Assembly (NCBI GenBank): GCA_023249615.1
Contig: JAHFCG010000003.1
Location: forward strand, 1 to 49,017
Length of the DNA stretch: 49,017 nt
Direction: 5' to 3'
Source of the DNA: a candidate division FCPU426 bacterium
GTDB lineage: Bacteria > Oederibacteriota > Muellerivitia > Muellerivitales > Muellerivitaceae
Under the pieces are notes generated by a model. The model saw nothing but the letters and a program-made list of their open reading frames with translations. It was not told the DNA's origin and did not search any database. Numbering within the stretch: the stretch's first letter is position 1; each line of letters begins with the position of its first letter. Position numbers and translations under genes: made by a program. This document shows positions 30,155-39,245 of the stretch, in pieces.

Positions 30155-30357
30155 AGTGAAGTATTAGCGGCGGGGTTTATTTTACCTAAGGCAAGCATGA
30201 CAGGGAAGGAAAAGAAACGAGAGGAGCCTGAAAAGCCATAAATCATTATGGTTTAAAAGCGGTTTAACTATTGGTAGCGGTAAAAAGGGGGAAAACCACT
30301 AAATACATGATGGGGGAAAGTTAAGGAATGAGTGCCCCTTTTATCAATAAATAAAAA

Positions 30358-30449
30358 TGGCGGAGAGAAAGGGATTCGAACCCTTGAAAGGATGTTACTC
30401 CTTTAACGGTTTAGCAAACCGTCGCCTTCAGCCGCTCGGCCATCTCTCC
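30358..30449 (-). tRNA. tRNA-Ser(GCT)
   Basis: GGAGAGA acceptor, ACGGT-TTGCTAA-ACCGT anticodon arm, long variable arm, GGTTCGAATCC, encoded CCA. Confidence 0.96.
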
Positions 30450-30488
30450 TAAAACCTTAAATCGGCCTCGGCGACGGGACCGTCGCCT

Positions 30489-30723
30489 GGACGAAAGAAA
30501 CATTTTCCCCATTTTTATTCTCTACGGAGATTTTCGTCCCGTCCCTTTGGGCCGAAAGCCACTCGGCCATCTCTCCAGGGCTGGACAATAAGTTGAAAAA
30601 CCAGAACTAGATATCCTAACGCTGCCACCATCGAAAAAAGGCGGAGGGTACAGATCCGGCCGAAAGAACCATTTTCCCTAATTTTATTCTCGAAGGAGAC
30701 TTTCGTCCCGCCCCTTCGGGTCG
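30489..30723. repeat. Two imperfect ~66-bp copies (30489-30554 and 30658-30723), each embedded in a tRNA-Ser fragment
   Basis: gg(a/c)cgaaagaa.cattttccc.a.ttt.attctc...ggaga.tttcgtcccg.ccctt.ggg.cg. Confidence 0.85.
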
Positions 30724-30793
30724 CCGAACCTACGGTTCGAGTCCCCGGCATCGGTCGCCATATTTAGGAATATCTGGAAGATATCCCTAAATA

Positions 30794-30880
30794 TGGCGGA
30801 GGGTGCAGGACTCGAACCTGCAAGGGGTTTCCCCCGGTGGATTTCAAGTCCACTGCCTTACCAATTAGGACTAACCCTCC
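30794..30880 (-). tRNA. tRNA-Ser(TGA)
   Basis: GGAGGGT acceptor, GTGGA-CTTGAAA-TCCAC anticodon arm, variable arm, GGTTCGAGTCC, encoded CCA. Confidence 0.96.
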
Positions 30881-31029
30881 AACCGGTCCCGATTGTACCT
30901 GTTTTTATTAACCAAGTCAGGGGGGCATATTGTACCCGGATTTGTCTTGGGAACAACTTATATCACCCGTTGTTTTTTTGAAGGTTTTAAAGGAAGATCG
31001 GAGCGTCGTATTTTTAATATCCAACGGGC

Positions 31030-31440
31030 GTGTGGAAAAAAGAATTGAAAACCATCATTCAAAAAATAAAATTTAAGGCGGATCCAAAAACATTATTTGA
31101 AATGTACATGGACTCCGGAAAGCATACCTTGGCCACCGGGGGTAAGGCGGTTTTGAGCCGAAAGGCGGGCGGTTCCTTTTTCGCGCATGGGGGTTATTGT
31201 TGGGGAAAAAATTTAATGATTATTCCGAACGCGGCCATCGTCCAAAGCTGGCGCGCGGGCGATTGGGCGAAAAAAGACAGGGACTCTCTTTTGATCCTGA
31301 ATTTTGAGGCCGAAAAGGGAGGAGGATTACTTACAATGATTCACGCCAATTTACCGGACCGGCACGCGGGACACTTGACCCAGGGCTGGAAGGATCATTA
31401 TTGGAACCTTTGGAAACAATATCTGGCGCGGAAATATTAA
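31030..31440 (+). CDS. SRPBCC/AHSA1-like domain protein
   Basis: GGSF...GG, IVQSWR..DW, H.N.P, GW.DHYW. Confidence 0.85.
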   Translation: MWKKELKTIIQKIKFKADPKTLFEMYMDSGKHTLATGGKAVLSRKAGGSFFAHGGYCWGKNLMIIPNAAIVQSWRAGDWAKKDRDSLLILNFEAEKGGGLLTMIHANLPDRHAGHLTQGWKDHYWNLWKQYLARKY

Positions 31441-31494
31441 GAATGAAATCGAGGGTTTCCTTCGGGGAAAAACTTTGAATAAGGAGGCTTTGAA

Positions 31495-32043
31495 ATGCGC
31501 TGTTATAAAAAGATGGTGATAGCCGCGGCTTTTTCGGCGGTTGGGTTGCTGTCCCTGAATTTAATTGCCGCCGAAAAACACGATATGTCGAAAATGCCGG
31601 AAAAGAAAATGCCAGCGGAGTTTGAAAAGTTGAAGTCCCTGGTTGGAACCTGGACGGGCAAGGCCAAGATGCACGGGGATAAGGAAGAAAATGTAAAAAT
31701 CACCTATGGGTTGACCGCAGGGGGGACGGCGATTCTCGAGAAGTTTTCCCCCGGGACCTCTCATGAAATGGCCACCATTTATAATGTGGAGGATGGCCGT
31801 CTTTGCATGACGCATTATTGTATGTTGGGAAACGCTCCCAAGATGAGGCTAAAAGGATCCACGAAAGATTCCCTTTCTTTTGAAATGAAGGGCAAGGAAG
31901 GCATCTCTTCCGACAAGGAAATGCATATGCATTCCCTGACCATTACCTGGAAGGACGCCGACCACATTTCAACGGGTTGGACTTCCTATAACGATGGAAA
32001 ACCCGCCCCTTGTTCCACTTTTAATCTGGCGCGCAAAAAGTAA
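31495..32043 (+). CDS. Conserved hypothetical exported protein
   Basis: Signal peptide; FEKLKSLVGTW.G, MTHYCMLGN.P, MHMH; RBS AAGGAGG. Confidence 0.65.
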   Translation: MRCYKKMVIAAAFSAVGLLSLNLIAAEKHDMSKMPEKKMPAEFEKLKSLVGTWTGKAKMHGDKEENVKITYGLTAGGTAILEKFSPGTSHEMATIYNVEDGRLCMTHYCMLGNAPKMRLKGSTKDSLSFEMKGKEGISSDKEMHMHSLTITWKDADHISTGWTSYNDGKPAPCSTFNLARKK

Positions 32044-32063
32044 AGATTGGTTTGAAAATGGCA

Positions 32064-32098
32064 CTCTCAGGGCAAGGCTCGTCTGCCCTGGGAGTTTA
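32064..32098 (+). terminator. Possible terminator hairpin
   Basis: ctctcagggca ... tgccctgggag followed by ttt. Confidence 0.5.
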
Positions 32099-32109
32099 TT
32101 AAGGAACCT

Positions 32110-32568
32110 ATGCCCCATCTCCACGAAAAAATCGATTTTACGGTTTCGGTTTTTATTGTAAAAAATGAAAAGGTTTTATTTATTTTTCATAAACAGTTAA
32201 ACCGCTGGCTTCCCATCGGCGGCCATATCGAATTGGATGAAAATCCCGAAGAGGGGGCGCTTCGAGAGGCAAAGGAAGAAAGCGGACTGGAAGTGGAATT
32301 AGTGGGATTTCGCCCGCCGTTGGATAAAGAAGATGGTTTTATACCCCTCTTGAACACGGCTTTTCTCGACATTCACCGGATCAAGGAACCCCATTGGCAT
32401 ATCGGGATGGTTTACTTCGCGCGGGTGAAATCAGGGGAGGTAAAACTCAACGTCGAGGAACATAAAGATATTCAGTGGTTAAGCGAAAAAGACTTGGAAG
32501 ATTCCAAATGGGGTTTAACCAAGCCCCTGAAATTTTACGCCCGGCAGGCTTTTCGGCAGGTTCAATAG
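32110..32568 (+). CDS. NUDIX hydrolase
   Basis: GGHIELDENPEEGALREAKEESGL Nudix box. Confidence 0.92.
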   Translation: MPHLHEKIDFTVSVFIVKNEKVLFIFHKQLNRWLPIGGHIELDENPEEGALREAKEESGLEVELVGFRPPLDKEDGFIPLLNTAFLDIHRIKEPHWHIGMVYFARVKSGEVKLNVEEHKDIQWLSEKDLEDSKWGLTKPLKFYARQAFRQVQ

Positions 32569-32592
32569 ATTTATTCCTGGTCGGAAAAAAAT

Positions 32593-33138
32593 CTATTTGA
32601 TTTTGGGAACCTTAATCTGGCTGATAATCATCCCCAACCGCTTGGCGGCGTCAAAAATGCGGTCGTCCCGGTAGAACTCCCCGTAATAAATGGAACGAAG
32701 GCCGGCGTTGGTCACGATTTTAAAGCAATTCCAGCAGGGTGAGGCGGTAATGTAAATATCCGCTCCATCGACCCGAACACCGTTTTTCGCGGCCTGAATG
32801 ATGGCGTTGGCTTCCGCGTGAATGGTGGCCACGCAATGGTTATCCTCCATCATGTGTCCCGCGTCATCGCAATGGGGTAAACCCCGAACGCTTCCGTTGT
32901 AGCCGGTGGAAAGGATGGTCTTGTCCCTGACGATGACGGCGCCCACGTGTTTGCGGTCGCAGGTGGAACGGGTGGCGACCTCGGCGGCGATATTCATGAA
33001 GTACTGGTGCCAATCCACCCTAACGCGGTGTGAAGGTTTCGCGGCGGCCGCCTTTTTGGCGTGAGTTCTGGGAGTCCTTCTTTTTTTAAGGCGGCTGAGG
33101 TGGTGTTTCTTGAATTTGATGTTGATTCGGTGTGCCAT
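32593..33138 (-). CDS. dCMP deaminase (ComEB/DCD-like) with a basic N-terminal extension
   Basis: RSTC...VGAVIV, TGYNG, HAEANA, PCWNC. Confidence 0.9.
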   Translation of the reverse strand: MAHRINIKFKKHHLSRLKKRRTPRTHAKKAAAAKPSHRVRVDWHQYFMNIAAEVATRSTCDRKHVGAVIVRDKTILSTGYNGSVRGLPHCDDAGHMMEDNHCVATIHAEANAIIQAAKNGVRVDGADIYITASPCWNCFKIVTNAGLRSIYYGEFYRDDRIFDAAKRLGMIISQIKVPKIK

Positions 33139-33147
33139 CCGTTTTCC

Positions 33148-34068
33148 TTAGAGCCTGGGATCAACCGCGAATAATTGTAGCCGGTGGACTGGGTGCCAGT
33201 GTTCTTTTGATTCCGCCAACCCTGGAAGCCCCTCGGCGTCACCGGCGTTGATGACGGGGTAGGAATCCATCTGACGGCAGATATTGGCGAATATATAAGC
33301 GGACAAGCCTTTGACCGTCAAGTCTGTTACTTCCAGATATACCCCATAAGTATCCGGACTCAATGGGGCACCCACCGAATAAGCGGATAAACGGTTTTCG
33401 AGAATCACCACCCAGGCGTCCATTCCCCAGTTATCGCCTTCATGAAGCGCTCGGAAATGGGCTTTTTGGGAAGACAGAAGCATCTTTTCACCCTGTGCCC
33501 CCTTCAGTGCCGGAAGTCTCTGGGCTTTCCAAAGATCAAACAAATCCCCGCAGGCTTTCAAATCACTTTTTCGGTAGGGCCGCAAAACCACCGAGTGTTC
33601 CTTGATGAGGTGATTAACTTCCGCGCGCTTGGCCCGGTAAGGGTCCCCGTGCAAACCGGCAATAAGCGCGCGGTCGTAAAGGTATTCGGTCAAGGTGGGA
33701 CGGGATGTAAAACTCCAAGACTCGGCGGATTTTTTTTGTTCCTCCGACAAACCTTCCACACGGGAGATGCCGCCTCCGGGACCGTTTACCTTTTTCATGT
33801 ATTCAAAAGCTATTTTGAGACCTTCGGTTGTATAGGGTTTGGGAGGCACCGGGAAATAAACATATTTATCGTAGTGGGCCACAATAAAAGAGGAAGAACC
33901 TTTGGTCACCAGAGCGTAGGCGAATTCATCCTGCCACATGAGAAAGGAGGGAAGTGAGGTGGACAAAGCTGAAACTTGATGGAAAAGCTCCGAGGCTTTT
34001 TCCAAAACCAAATCCAAAGGTTCCACTCGTTCAAAAAAATCTGCGTGAGGAAGTGGAATAATATTCAT
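33148..34068 (-). CDS. DUF2156 / aminoacyl-PG-synthase C-terminal-like (GNAT fold) protein
   Basis: EYLY....L.G..Y..KR..VN, E......KGL, IN.....GLPGL..SK..WHP. Confidence 0.8.
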   Translation of the reverse strand: MNIIPLPHADFFERVEPLDLVLEKASELFHQVSALSTSLPSFLMWQDEFAYALVTKGSSSFIVAHYDKYVYFPVPPKPYTTEGLKIAFEYMKKVNGPGGGISRVEGLSEEQKKSAESWSFTSRPTLTEYLYDRALIAGLHGDPYRAKRAEVNHLIKEHSVVLRPYRKSDLKACGDLFDLWKAQRLPALKGAQGEKMLLSSQKAHFRALHEGDNWGMDAWVVILENRLSAYSVGAPLSPDTYGVYLEVTDLTVKGLSAYIFANICRQMDSYPVINAGDAEGLPGLAESKEHWHPVHRLQLFAVDPRL

Positions 34069-34070
34069 AA

Positions 34071-34177
34071 AGTTCTAAGTTTTGAGTGTTGAGTTTTGAA
34101 TTGATGAGATTTCCCATCCGGGTATTCCGGATGGGAAATGACCATAACTTAAAACTAGGAACTGAGAACTCAAAACT
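34071..34177. repeat. Heptamer-arm inverted repeat enclosing a perfect 13-bp palindrome
   Basis: AGTTCTA AGTTTTG AGTGTTG AGTTTTG ... atttcccatccgg-gtatt-ccggatgggaaat ... TAAAACT AGGAACT GAGAACT CAAAACT. Confidence 0.85.
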
Positions 34178-34185
34178 GCCTTTGG

Positions 34186-34938
34186 TTATTGTCCTGTTAA
34201 AACCCGGGCGATTTCACGGCGCAGACCGTAACTTAAACGGTGCGCGCGGGAAGGCGGCCGGTAATTCGCGAGGTACTGCGGCAAGTTCGCCAAATCCACG
34301 ACCCCGTGCTCATGATTCACGACGGCCGAGGCGTCACCCTGCGGGTGGGCGAAAACTACCACACCCTGGATCCAGATTTGGGAACATTCCTGCGCCCAGC
34401 GGGGAGGCAGGTTTTTTTCCAAATGGCTTCTCAGGTGGTAAATCTGGGTGGCGACCTGCTTTAAGGGGTTGTAAAAGCCGCGCTTGTAACGGGAACGGGT
34501 TTTGCGGGCCCGCTTGTGGAGGGTCCATTCCCGATCCAGCACCTCGCCGGCGATCCGCCCGCGAAGATATTTGGTCTCGATGACAAACATGACGTTGTTG
34601 GTGATCAACAAGTGGTCGAGCTCCCTGGCTCTTTCGCCGGACTCAAACTGTACCGAGTGGAGCACCCGGGCGTCCATCGTCATCCCGTCAAGAACCTTGG
34701 CCACCATGGCCTCACCCTCGGCGCCCTCGCCAACGATGCGGCCTCGGTGTCTGGCGACCGTATAGGCCCAGTAGCAAAAACCCAAAACAATCGGCGCCAA
34801 AACATACCTCAGCGCCCAATGCTTGAAATAAAACCCTGTTCCAAAAGCGACAATCAACAACCCTGCTGTAATCCATCTCCAACGTGTCACCCACCGCATA
34901 GCCCTGGGGGGCTGCAGCTTTTGTAATGTGGCGACCAT
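34186..34938 (-). CDS. Membrane-anchored NERD nuclease-domain protein
   Basis: Two N-terminal TM helices; GAEGE, ELDHLLI, FVIETK, NPLKQ. Confidence 0.88.
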   Translation of the reverse strand: MVATLQKLQPPRAMRWVTRWRWITAGLLIVAFGTGFYFKHWALRYVLAPIVLGFCYWAYTVARHRGRIVGEGAEGEAMVAKVLDGMTMDARVLHSVQFESGERARELDHLLITNNVMFVIETKYLRGRIAGEVLDREWTLHKRARKTRSRYKRGFYNPLKQVATQIYHLRSHLEKNLPPRWAQECSQIWIQGVVVFAHPQGDASAVVNHEHGVVDLANLPQYLANYRPPSRAHRLSYGLRREIARVLTGQ

Positions 34939-34942
34939 AATT

Positions 34943-35467
34943 TTAAGCCTTTCCCAGCGACAGCTCCCGCACCTCCACAACCTCTTCCTGAAATTCGCTA
35001 ATAAATTGCGGATATTGTCGAATAAGGGACGACAGGGTTGTGCTTTCCAAGTATCGCTGAATCGAATCCAAATAATTTTTCAACCTCGCGGTCACGTTCG
35101 GCCGCGAGAGCGCCGGACATTTTGTGTCAGCGCCCAAAAACACCTTCAGATGATCTTTACTTTCCATGATCACCGCGGGGTACATCGAACAATCCAGGGG
35201 ACGCGCCTCATAAACCTGGCACGTGTGATCCTCAGGATTGAAAAACGAACAGGCGAATCCGTGCCCGCATGCCACGAGTTCAGCCTTGGAAGCGGCGCCT
35301 TGGCCCGCCTCCCTAAAAGAACCTTTCGATTTGATGGACATAGCCTGATTTCTTTCCTCGGGAAAGAAGAAGGGGGAGAGGGAGGCCTGTTTTTCGGGAA
35401 AACGGCAGCAGACAGGACATTCCAGACAGATTTCACTTGGGATCAACTGGGGCAACTGGGGTCGCAT
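34943..35467 (-). CDS. YkgJ-family Cys-cluster (CxxCxxCC) protein
   Basis: CLECPVCC, C.FF....C.VYEARPLDC..YP, CPA. Confidence 0.88.
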   Translation of the reverse strand: MRPQLPQLIPSEICLECPVCCRFPEKQASLSPFFFPEERNQAMSIKSKGSFREAGQGAASKAELVACGHGFACSFFNPEDHTCQVYEARPLDCSMYPAVIMESKDHLKVFLGADTKCPALSRPNVTARLKNYLDSIQRYLESTTLSSLIRQYPQFISEFQEEVVEVRELSLGKA

Positions 35468-35478
35468 GGGTTCCTAAA

Positions 35479-35670
35479 CTATAAGTTATAAATCCCAACG
35501 CCGATGGTAATGAGGCCCCCGATGATCAAAAGCGGCGCGAGGGTCATGGACCCAGTCGCCAAGAACATATAGCCCGCCACGAGGACGCCGACTCCGGCGC
35601 CCAGGGTGATCTTGCCTTCCTTGCTCATCTTTGGTTCAACGGTTTGGACTCTGGCTGTTTTGTCCGCCAC
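35479..35670 (-). CDS. Small two-TM membrane protein
   Basis: 63 aa, two hydrophobic helices, GGAGG RBS, co-oriented with the downstream genes. Confidence 0.65.
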   Translation of the reverse strand: MADKTARVQTVEPKMSKEGKITLGAGVGVLVAGYMFLATGSMTLAPLLIIGGLITIGVGIYNL

Positions 35671-35805
35671 GGGTTTCCTCCGGCTGTTGGTGAATCGCCG
35701 GATATTGTACCAGAGCTGTTCGGAAAATTTGAAATTATAGGAAGGAAGGGAAGCCTATCGGGTTGAAGCGAACGGAAATACTAAGGATTAAGGTGGTTCA
35801 AGCCC

Positions 35806-37086
35806 CTAAGCGGGTTTGAATGGCTTCAAAACATCCAACCCACCCATATAGGATCTTAAGACCTCGGGAATAACCACGGATCCGTCGGCCTGCTGATAAT
35901 TTTCCAGGATTGCAAGCCAGGTACGGCCCACCGCCAATCCCGATCCGTTCAGGGTGTGAACAAACTCGGGTTTAACCCCGCCTTCCCTTTTGAACTTGAT
36001 GCCCCCCCGTCGGGCCTGGAAATCGGTACAGTTACTGCAGCTGGAAATTTCACGGTAGGTGTTTTGGCTCGGAAGCCAAACCTCCAAGTCATAGGTTTTA
36101 ACCGAACTGAAGCTCTTGTCGCCTGTCGCTAGCGCGACCACCCTGTAGGGAAGGCCCAGTTTCCTCAAAATATCCTCGGCGTCGCCGGTTAATTGTTCCA
36201 GGGCCGCCATGCTTTTTTCCGGTTCCACAAACTGGAACATTTCCACCTTGTTGAACTGATGAAGCCGAATCAGGCCCTTGGTGTCCTTGCCGTAACTTCC
36301 CGCTTCACGGCGGTAACAGGGGGTGAAGGAGGCGTATTTTTTTGGCAGGGAACCCACGGGAAATGTTTCCCCCCGGTGTAAATTGGCCAGCGACACTTCG
36401 GAGGTTGGGATAAGATAGAAATTATCCCTCTCGATCGCGAAAGCCTGCTCGATGAACTTTGGGAACTGGCCTGACATTTCCATTGATTGGTAATTCACAA
36501 GATGAGGCACTACCATTTCCTGGTAGCCTTTTTGCGTATTGGTGTCCAACATGAAATTAACCAGGGCCCTTTCGAGTTTCGCTCCCAGGCCCCAGAGACT
36601 GAAGAACCTGGCGCCGGAAACCTTGGCCGCCTTTTCAAAATCAAGAATGCCGAGTGCGACCCCCAATTCCTCATGTGGCTTTGGTTTGAAGCCGAATTTT
36701 TTCGGTTCCCCGACCTTGCGGATTTCCTGATTGGCTTCCTCGCCCCCAACGGGGACACTCTCGTGGGGTAAATTGCAAATTTGAAGCTCGATATCGCGGA
36801 AATCCTTCTCGACGGCGCCGATCTCCCCGTCCATTTCCTTGATCTCATTGGAAAGTTCCGAAAGCTTTCCCCGATATTCGGTAATGTCCTTGCCTTCCTT
36901 TTTCAGTTTGCTCATTTCCTCCGAGGCCTGATTCAGGCGTGCTTTTCGTTTGTCGGCGGAAATCATGAGGTCGCGTCGGCGGCGTTCCAAGTCTAGATAA
37001 AGGGAAAGGTCAACTTTAGATTTGCAATCCAGAAGGGCCTTTCTAACCTCGGCCTCATGTTCTCGGACATATTTGGGATCTAACAT
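35806..37086 (-). CDS. serS: Seryl-tRNA synthetase
   Basis: MLD start, coiled coil, LIPTSE, YRREAGSYG, HQFNKVE, EISSCSNC, HTLNGSGLAVGR. Confidence 0.98.
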   Translation of the reverse strand: MLDPKYVREHEAEVRKALLDCKSKVDLSLYLDLERRRRDLMISADKRKARLNQASEEMSKLKKEGKDITEYRGKLSELSNEIKEMDGEIGAVEKDFRDIELQICNLPHESVPVGGEEANQEIRKVGEPKKFGFKPKPHEELGVALGILDFEKAAKVSGARFFSLWGLGAKLERALVNFMLDTNTQKGYQEMVVPHLVNYQSMEMSGQFPKFIEQAFAIERDNFYLIPTSEVSLANLHRGETFPVGSLPKKYASFTPCYRREAGSYGKDTKGLIRLHQFNKVEMFQFVEPEKSMAALEQLTGDAEDILRKLGLPYRVVALATGDKSFSSVKTYDLEVWLPSQNTYREISSCSNCTDFQARRGGIKFKREGGVKPEFVHTLNGSGLAVGRTWLAILENYQQADGSVVIPEVLRSYMGGLDVLKPFKPA

Positions 37087-37337
37087 TTCAAACCTCAGGG
37101 TTTCAACATGGGTCGTCCAGGGGCTCCGAAAAGACAAAGTCCATGGGGAAGTGGGATTATATTCTTAAAACTGTTCAAACCCAAATAACTACTTTAAAAC
37201 TAAAGGAAGAAAAGCCTTATTTGAAACCTTGGTTTCCGGAAAATGTCGTGAAACGGTAGGCTTGATATTAGAGGCTGTACCTTCGAACCAAAAGGAATAT
37301 ACTTTTAGTCGCTTCACATCACCTTGAGGGAGGGTTT

Positions 37338-38009
37338 ATGCGCACCATCAGCCCGAGATGGATTCTTCTACTGGCTTTACTATTGGCCCCGCCGGTTGTG
37401 GCCGCTGAGAGAACCGGTGTTTTGGCTCCGCCGGACGTGAAGAAAGAACAAGACGCGATCATGAAGACGTTGACAGACGGCAACAAGAAACACATGCACC
37501 ATGTGGTCCGCAAGGATGGTTTGGCCCACATCATGGTGGTCAGTTGCGCGGATTCCCGCGTTCCCCCCGAGACGGTTTTTAACCTGAAGCCGGGTGAGAT
37601 TTTTGTTAACCGGGCTTTTGGGACGATTGTGGATAAATCCATTCTGGCCAGTTTGGAATATGGCGCCGAGCATTTAGGATGCAAGGTCCTGGTGGTCCTG
37701 GGTCACACCAATTGCAGCGCGCTTAAAGAAGCCATTGAGGAACATGACCATCCCCGCGCTATTTGGCGCTCGATCAATCAACAGGATCTGGATTCCCGTC
37801 TTCAGCCATCGATCAATGCCATCCTGGATAAAAGCCTCCTGAATGAGGCCCGTTTGGACGCGGTTGTTCGGAGTAATGTGTTGAACACCATGAAAACCAT
37901 TCGTGAACAAAGCCTGGTCCTTTGGAATTTGGAACAGGACGACATGATCAAAGTCGTGGGCGGGATTTATCATCTGGATACCGGCAAGGTAGAGTGGATA
38001 AAGCAATAA
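37338..38009 (+). CDS. Periplasmic beta-carbonic anhydrase
   Basis: Signal peptide; CADSRV, GHTNC, SLEY. Confidence 0.88.
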   Translation: MRTISPRWILLLALLLAPPVVAAERTGVLAPPDVKKEQDAIMKTLTDGNKKHMHHVVRKDGLAHIMVVSCADSRVPPETVFNLKPGEIFVNRAFGTIVDKSILASLEYGAEHLGCKVLVVLGHTNCSALKEAIEEHDHPRAIWRSINQQDLDSRLQPSINAILDKSLLNEARLDAVVRSNVLNTMKTIREQSLVLWNLEQDDMIKVVGGIYHLDTGKVEWIKQ

Positions 38010-38089
38010 ATCATTTTTTAGTTTTTTTTCTTAATTTTGAATTGTGGAGGGCGGCCTGAGGGCCGCCCTTAGTTTTAGGGGGAATTCCT

Positions 38090-39172
38090 TTGATTATCGG
38101 CGTGCCTAAGGAAATCAAGGATAACGAATACAGGGTAGGAATCGTTCCCGGCGGGGTTGAGGAACTAACCGCGGCGGGCCATCGGGTCCTTATTGAAAGC
38201 CAGGCGGGAAGGGGAAGCGGCATTTCGGATAAGGAATTTAAAGACTCCGGCGCTGAAATCCTTCCCCAAAGGGAAGAACTCTTCCGCGAGTCGGAAATGA
38301 TTTTAAAGGTCAAGGAACCCCAGCCTTCCGAATTCAAGTTGATTCGAAAAAAGCAGATTCTTTTCTGTTATTTTCATTTCGCGGCATCCAAAGAACTTAC
38401 CAGGGCCATTCTTAAAACCAACTCGGTGGCCATCGCTTATGAAACCATTCGTCTGAATTCGGGGGAGCACCCATTGTTAACTCCCATGAGCGAGGTGGCT
38501 GGCAAAATGGCCATCCAAGAGGGGGCGAAATATTTGGAGCGTTCCATGGGCGGAAAAGGAATTTTGTTGGGAGGCGTCGCGGGGGTCAGGCCCGCGAAGG
38601 TTGTCATTCTCGGCGGAGGAGTAGTGGGAAGCAACGCCGCCAAGACCGCGGCGGGATTGGGCGCGAGGGTTACCGTCCTGGACGTGAACCCGAGCCGACT
38701 CAGGCACCTGGAAGACATATTGCCCAAGAACGTCATTACCCTTGTCTCCAACCGCAGGGTTATCCGGGAGGAAGTCGCGGATTGTGATCTTTTGGTCGGG
38801 GCAATTTATATGGAGGGGGCAAAGGCCTCGAGGTTGGTAACCGAGGAAATGGTCAAACGAATGAAGCCGGGTTCCGTCATTGTGGATGTAGCCATTGATC
38901 AGGGCGGGTGCGTGGAAACCGCCAAACCAACCACCCACAGCGATCCGGTTTACACCAAGCATGGAGTGGTTCATTACTGCGTGACCAATATTCCCGGGGC
39001 CGTCGGCATGACTTCCACTTACGCCTTAACCAATTCCACGCTGCCGTTTGTATTGGAAATCGCCAGGCATGGGTATAAAGAAGCGGTCAGGAAGAACACC
39101 GCCATTCAATATGGACTCAATATTGACCAGGGGAAAATAATTCACCCGGCGGTAAAAGCCACTTTTAAATAA
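38090..39172 (+). CDS. ald: Alanine dehydrogenase
   Basis: IIGVPKEIK..EYRV, KVKEP, PMSEVAG, GGGVVG, DVAIDQGG, HYCVTNIPG. Confidence 0.97.
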   Translation: MIIGVPKEIKDNEYRVGIVPGGVEELTAAGHRVLIESQAGRGSGISDKEFKDSGAEILPQREELFRESEMILKVKEPQPSEFKLIRKKQILFCYFHFAASKELTRAILKTNSVAIAYETIRLNSGEHPLLTPMSEVAGKMAIQEGAKYLERSMGGKGILLGGVAGVRPAKVVILGGGVVGSNAAKTAAGLGARVTVLDVNPSRLRHLEDILPKNVITLVSNRRVIREEVADCDLLVGAIYMEGAKASRLVTEEMVKRMKPGSVIVDVAIDQGGCVETAKPTTHSDPVYTKHGVVHYCVTNIPGAVGMTSTYALTNSTLPFVLEIARHGYKEAVRKNTAIQYGLNIDQGKIIHPAVKATFK

Positions 39173-39185
39173 ATTTACGGGAAAT

Positions 39186-39234
39186 AAAAACCCCAATTCC
39201 GTTCCAAAGAATGAACCTGGGTTTTTGCTTTTTT
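39186..39234. terminator. Probable bidirectional terminator
   Basis: aaaaacccca ... tgggttttt imperfect hairpin between convergent genes. Confidence 0.5.
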
Positions 39235-39245
39235 ATTGGAAGTTT

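Noticed and set aside
30489-30723. GGACGAAA motif suggesting a hammerhead ribozyme
   Set aside because: No CUGAnGA core in the right position on either strand
30640-30760. tRNA 3'-end duplicate as the att site of an integrated element, or a third tRNA on the + strand
   Set aside because: Only about 150 bp separates the copies, no integrase is present, and the + strand segment has a T-arm and CCA but no D or anticodon arm
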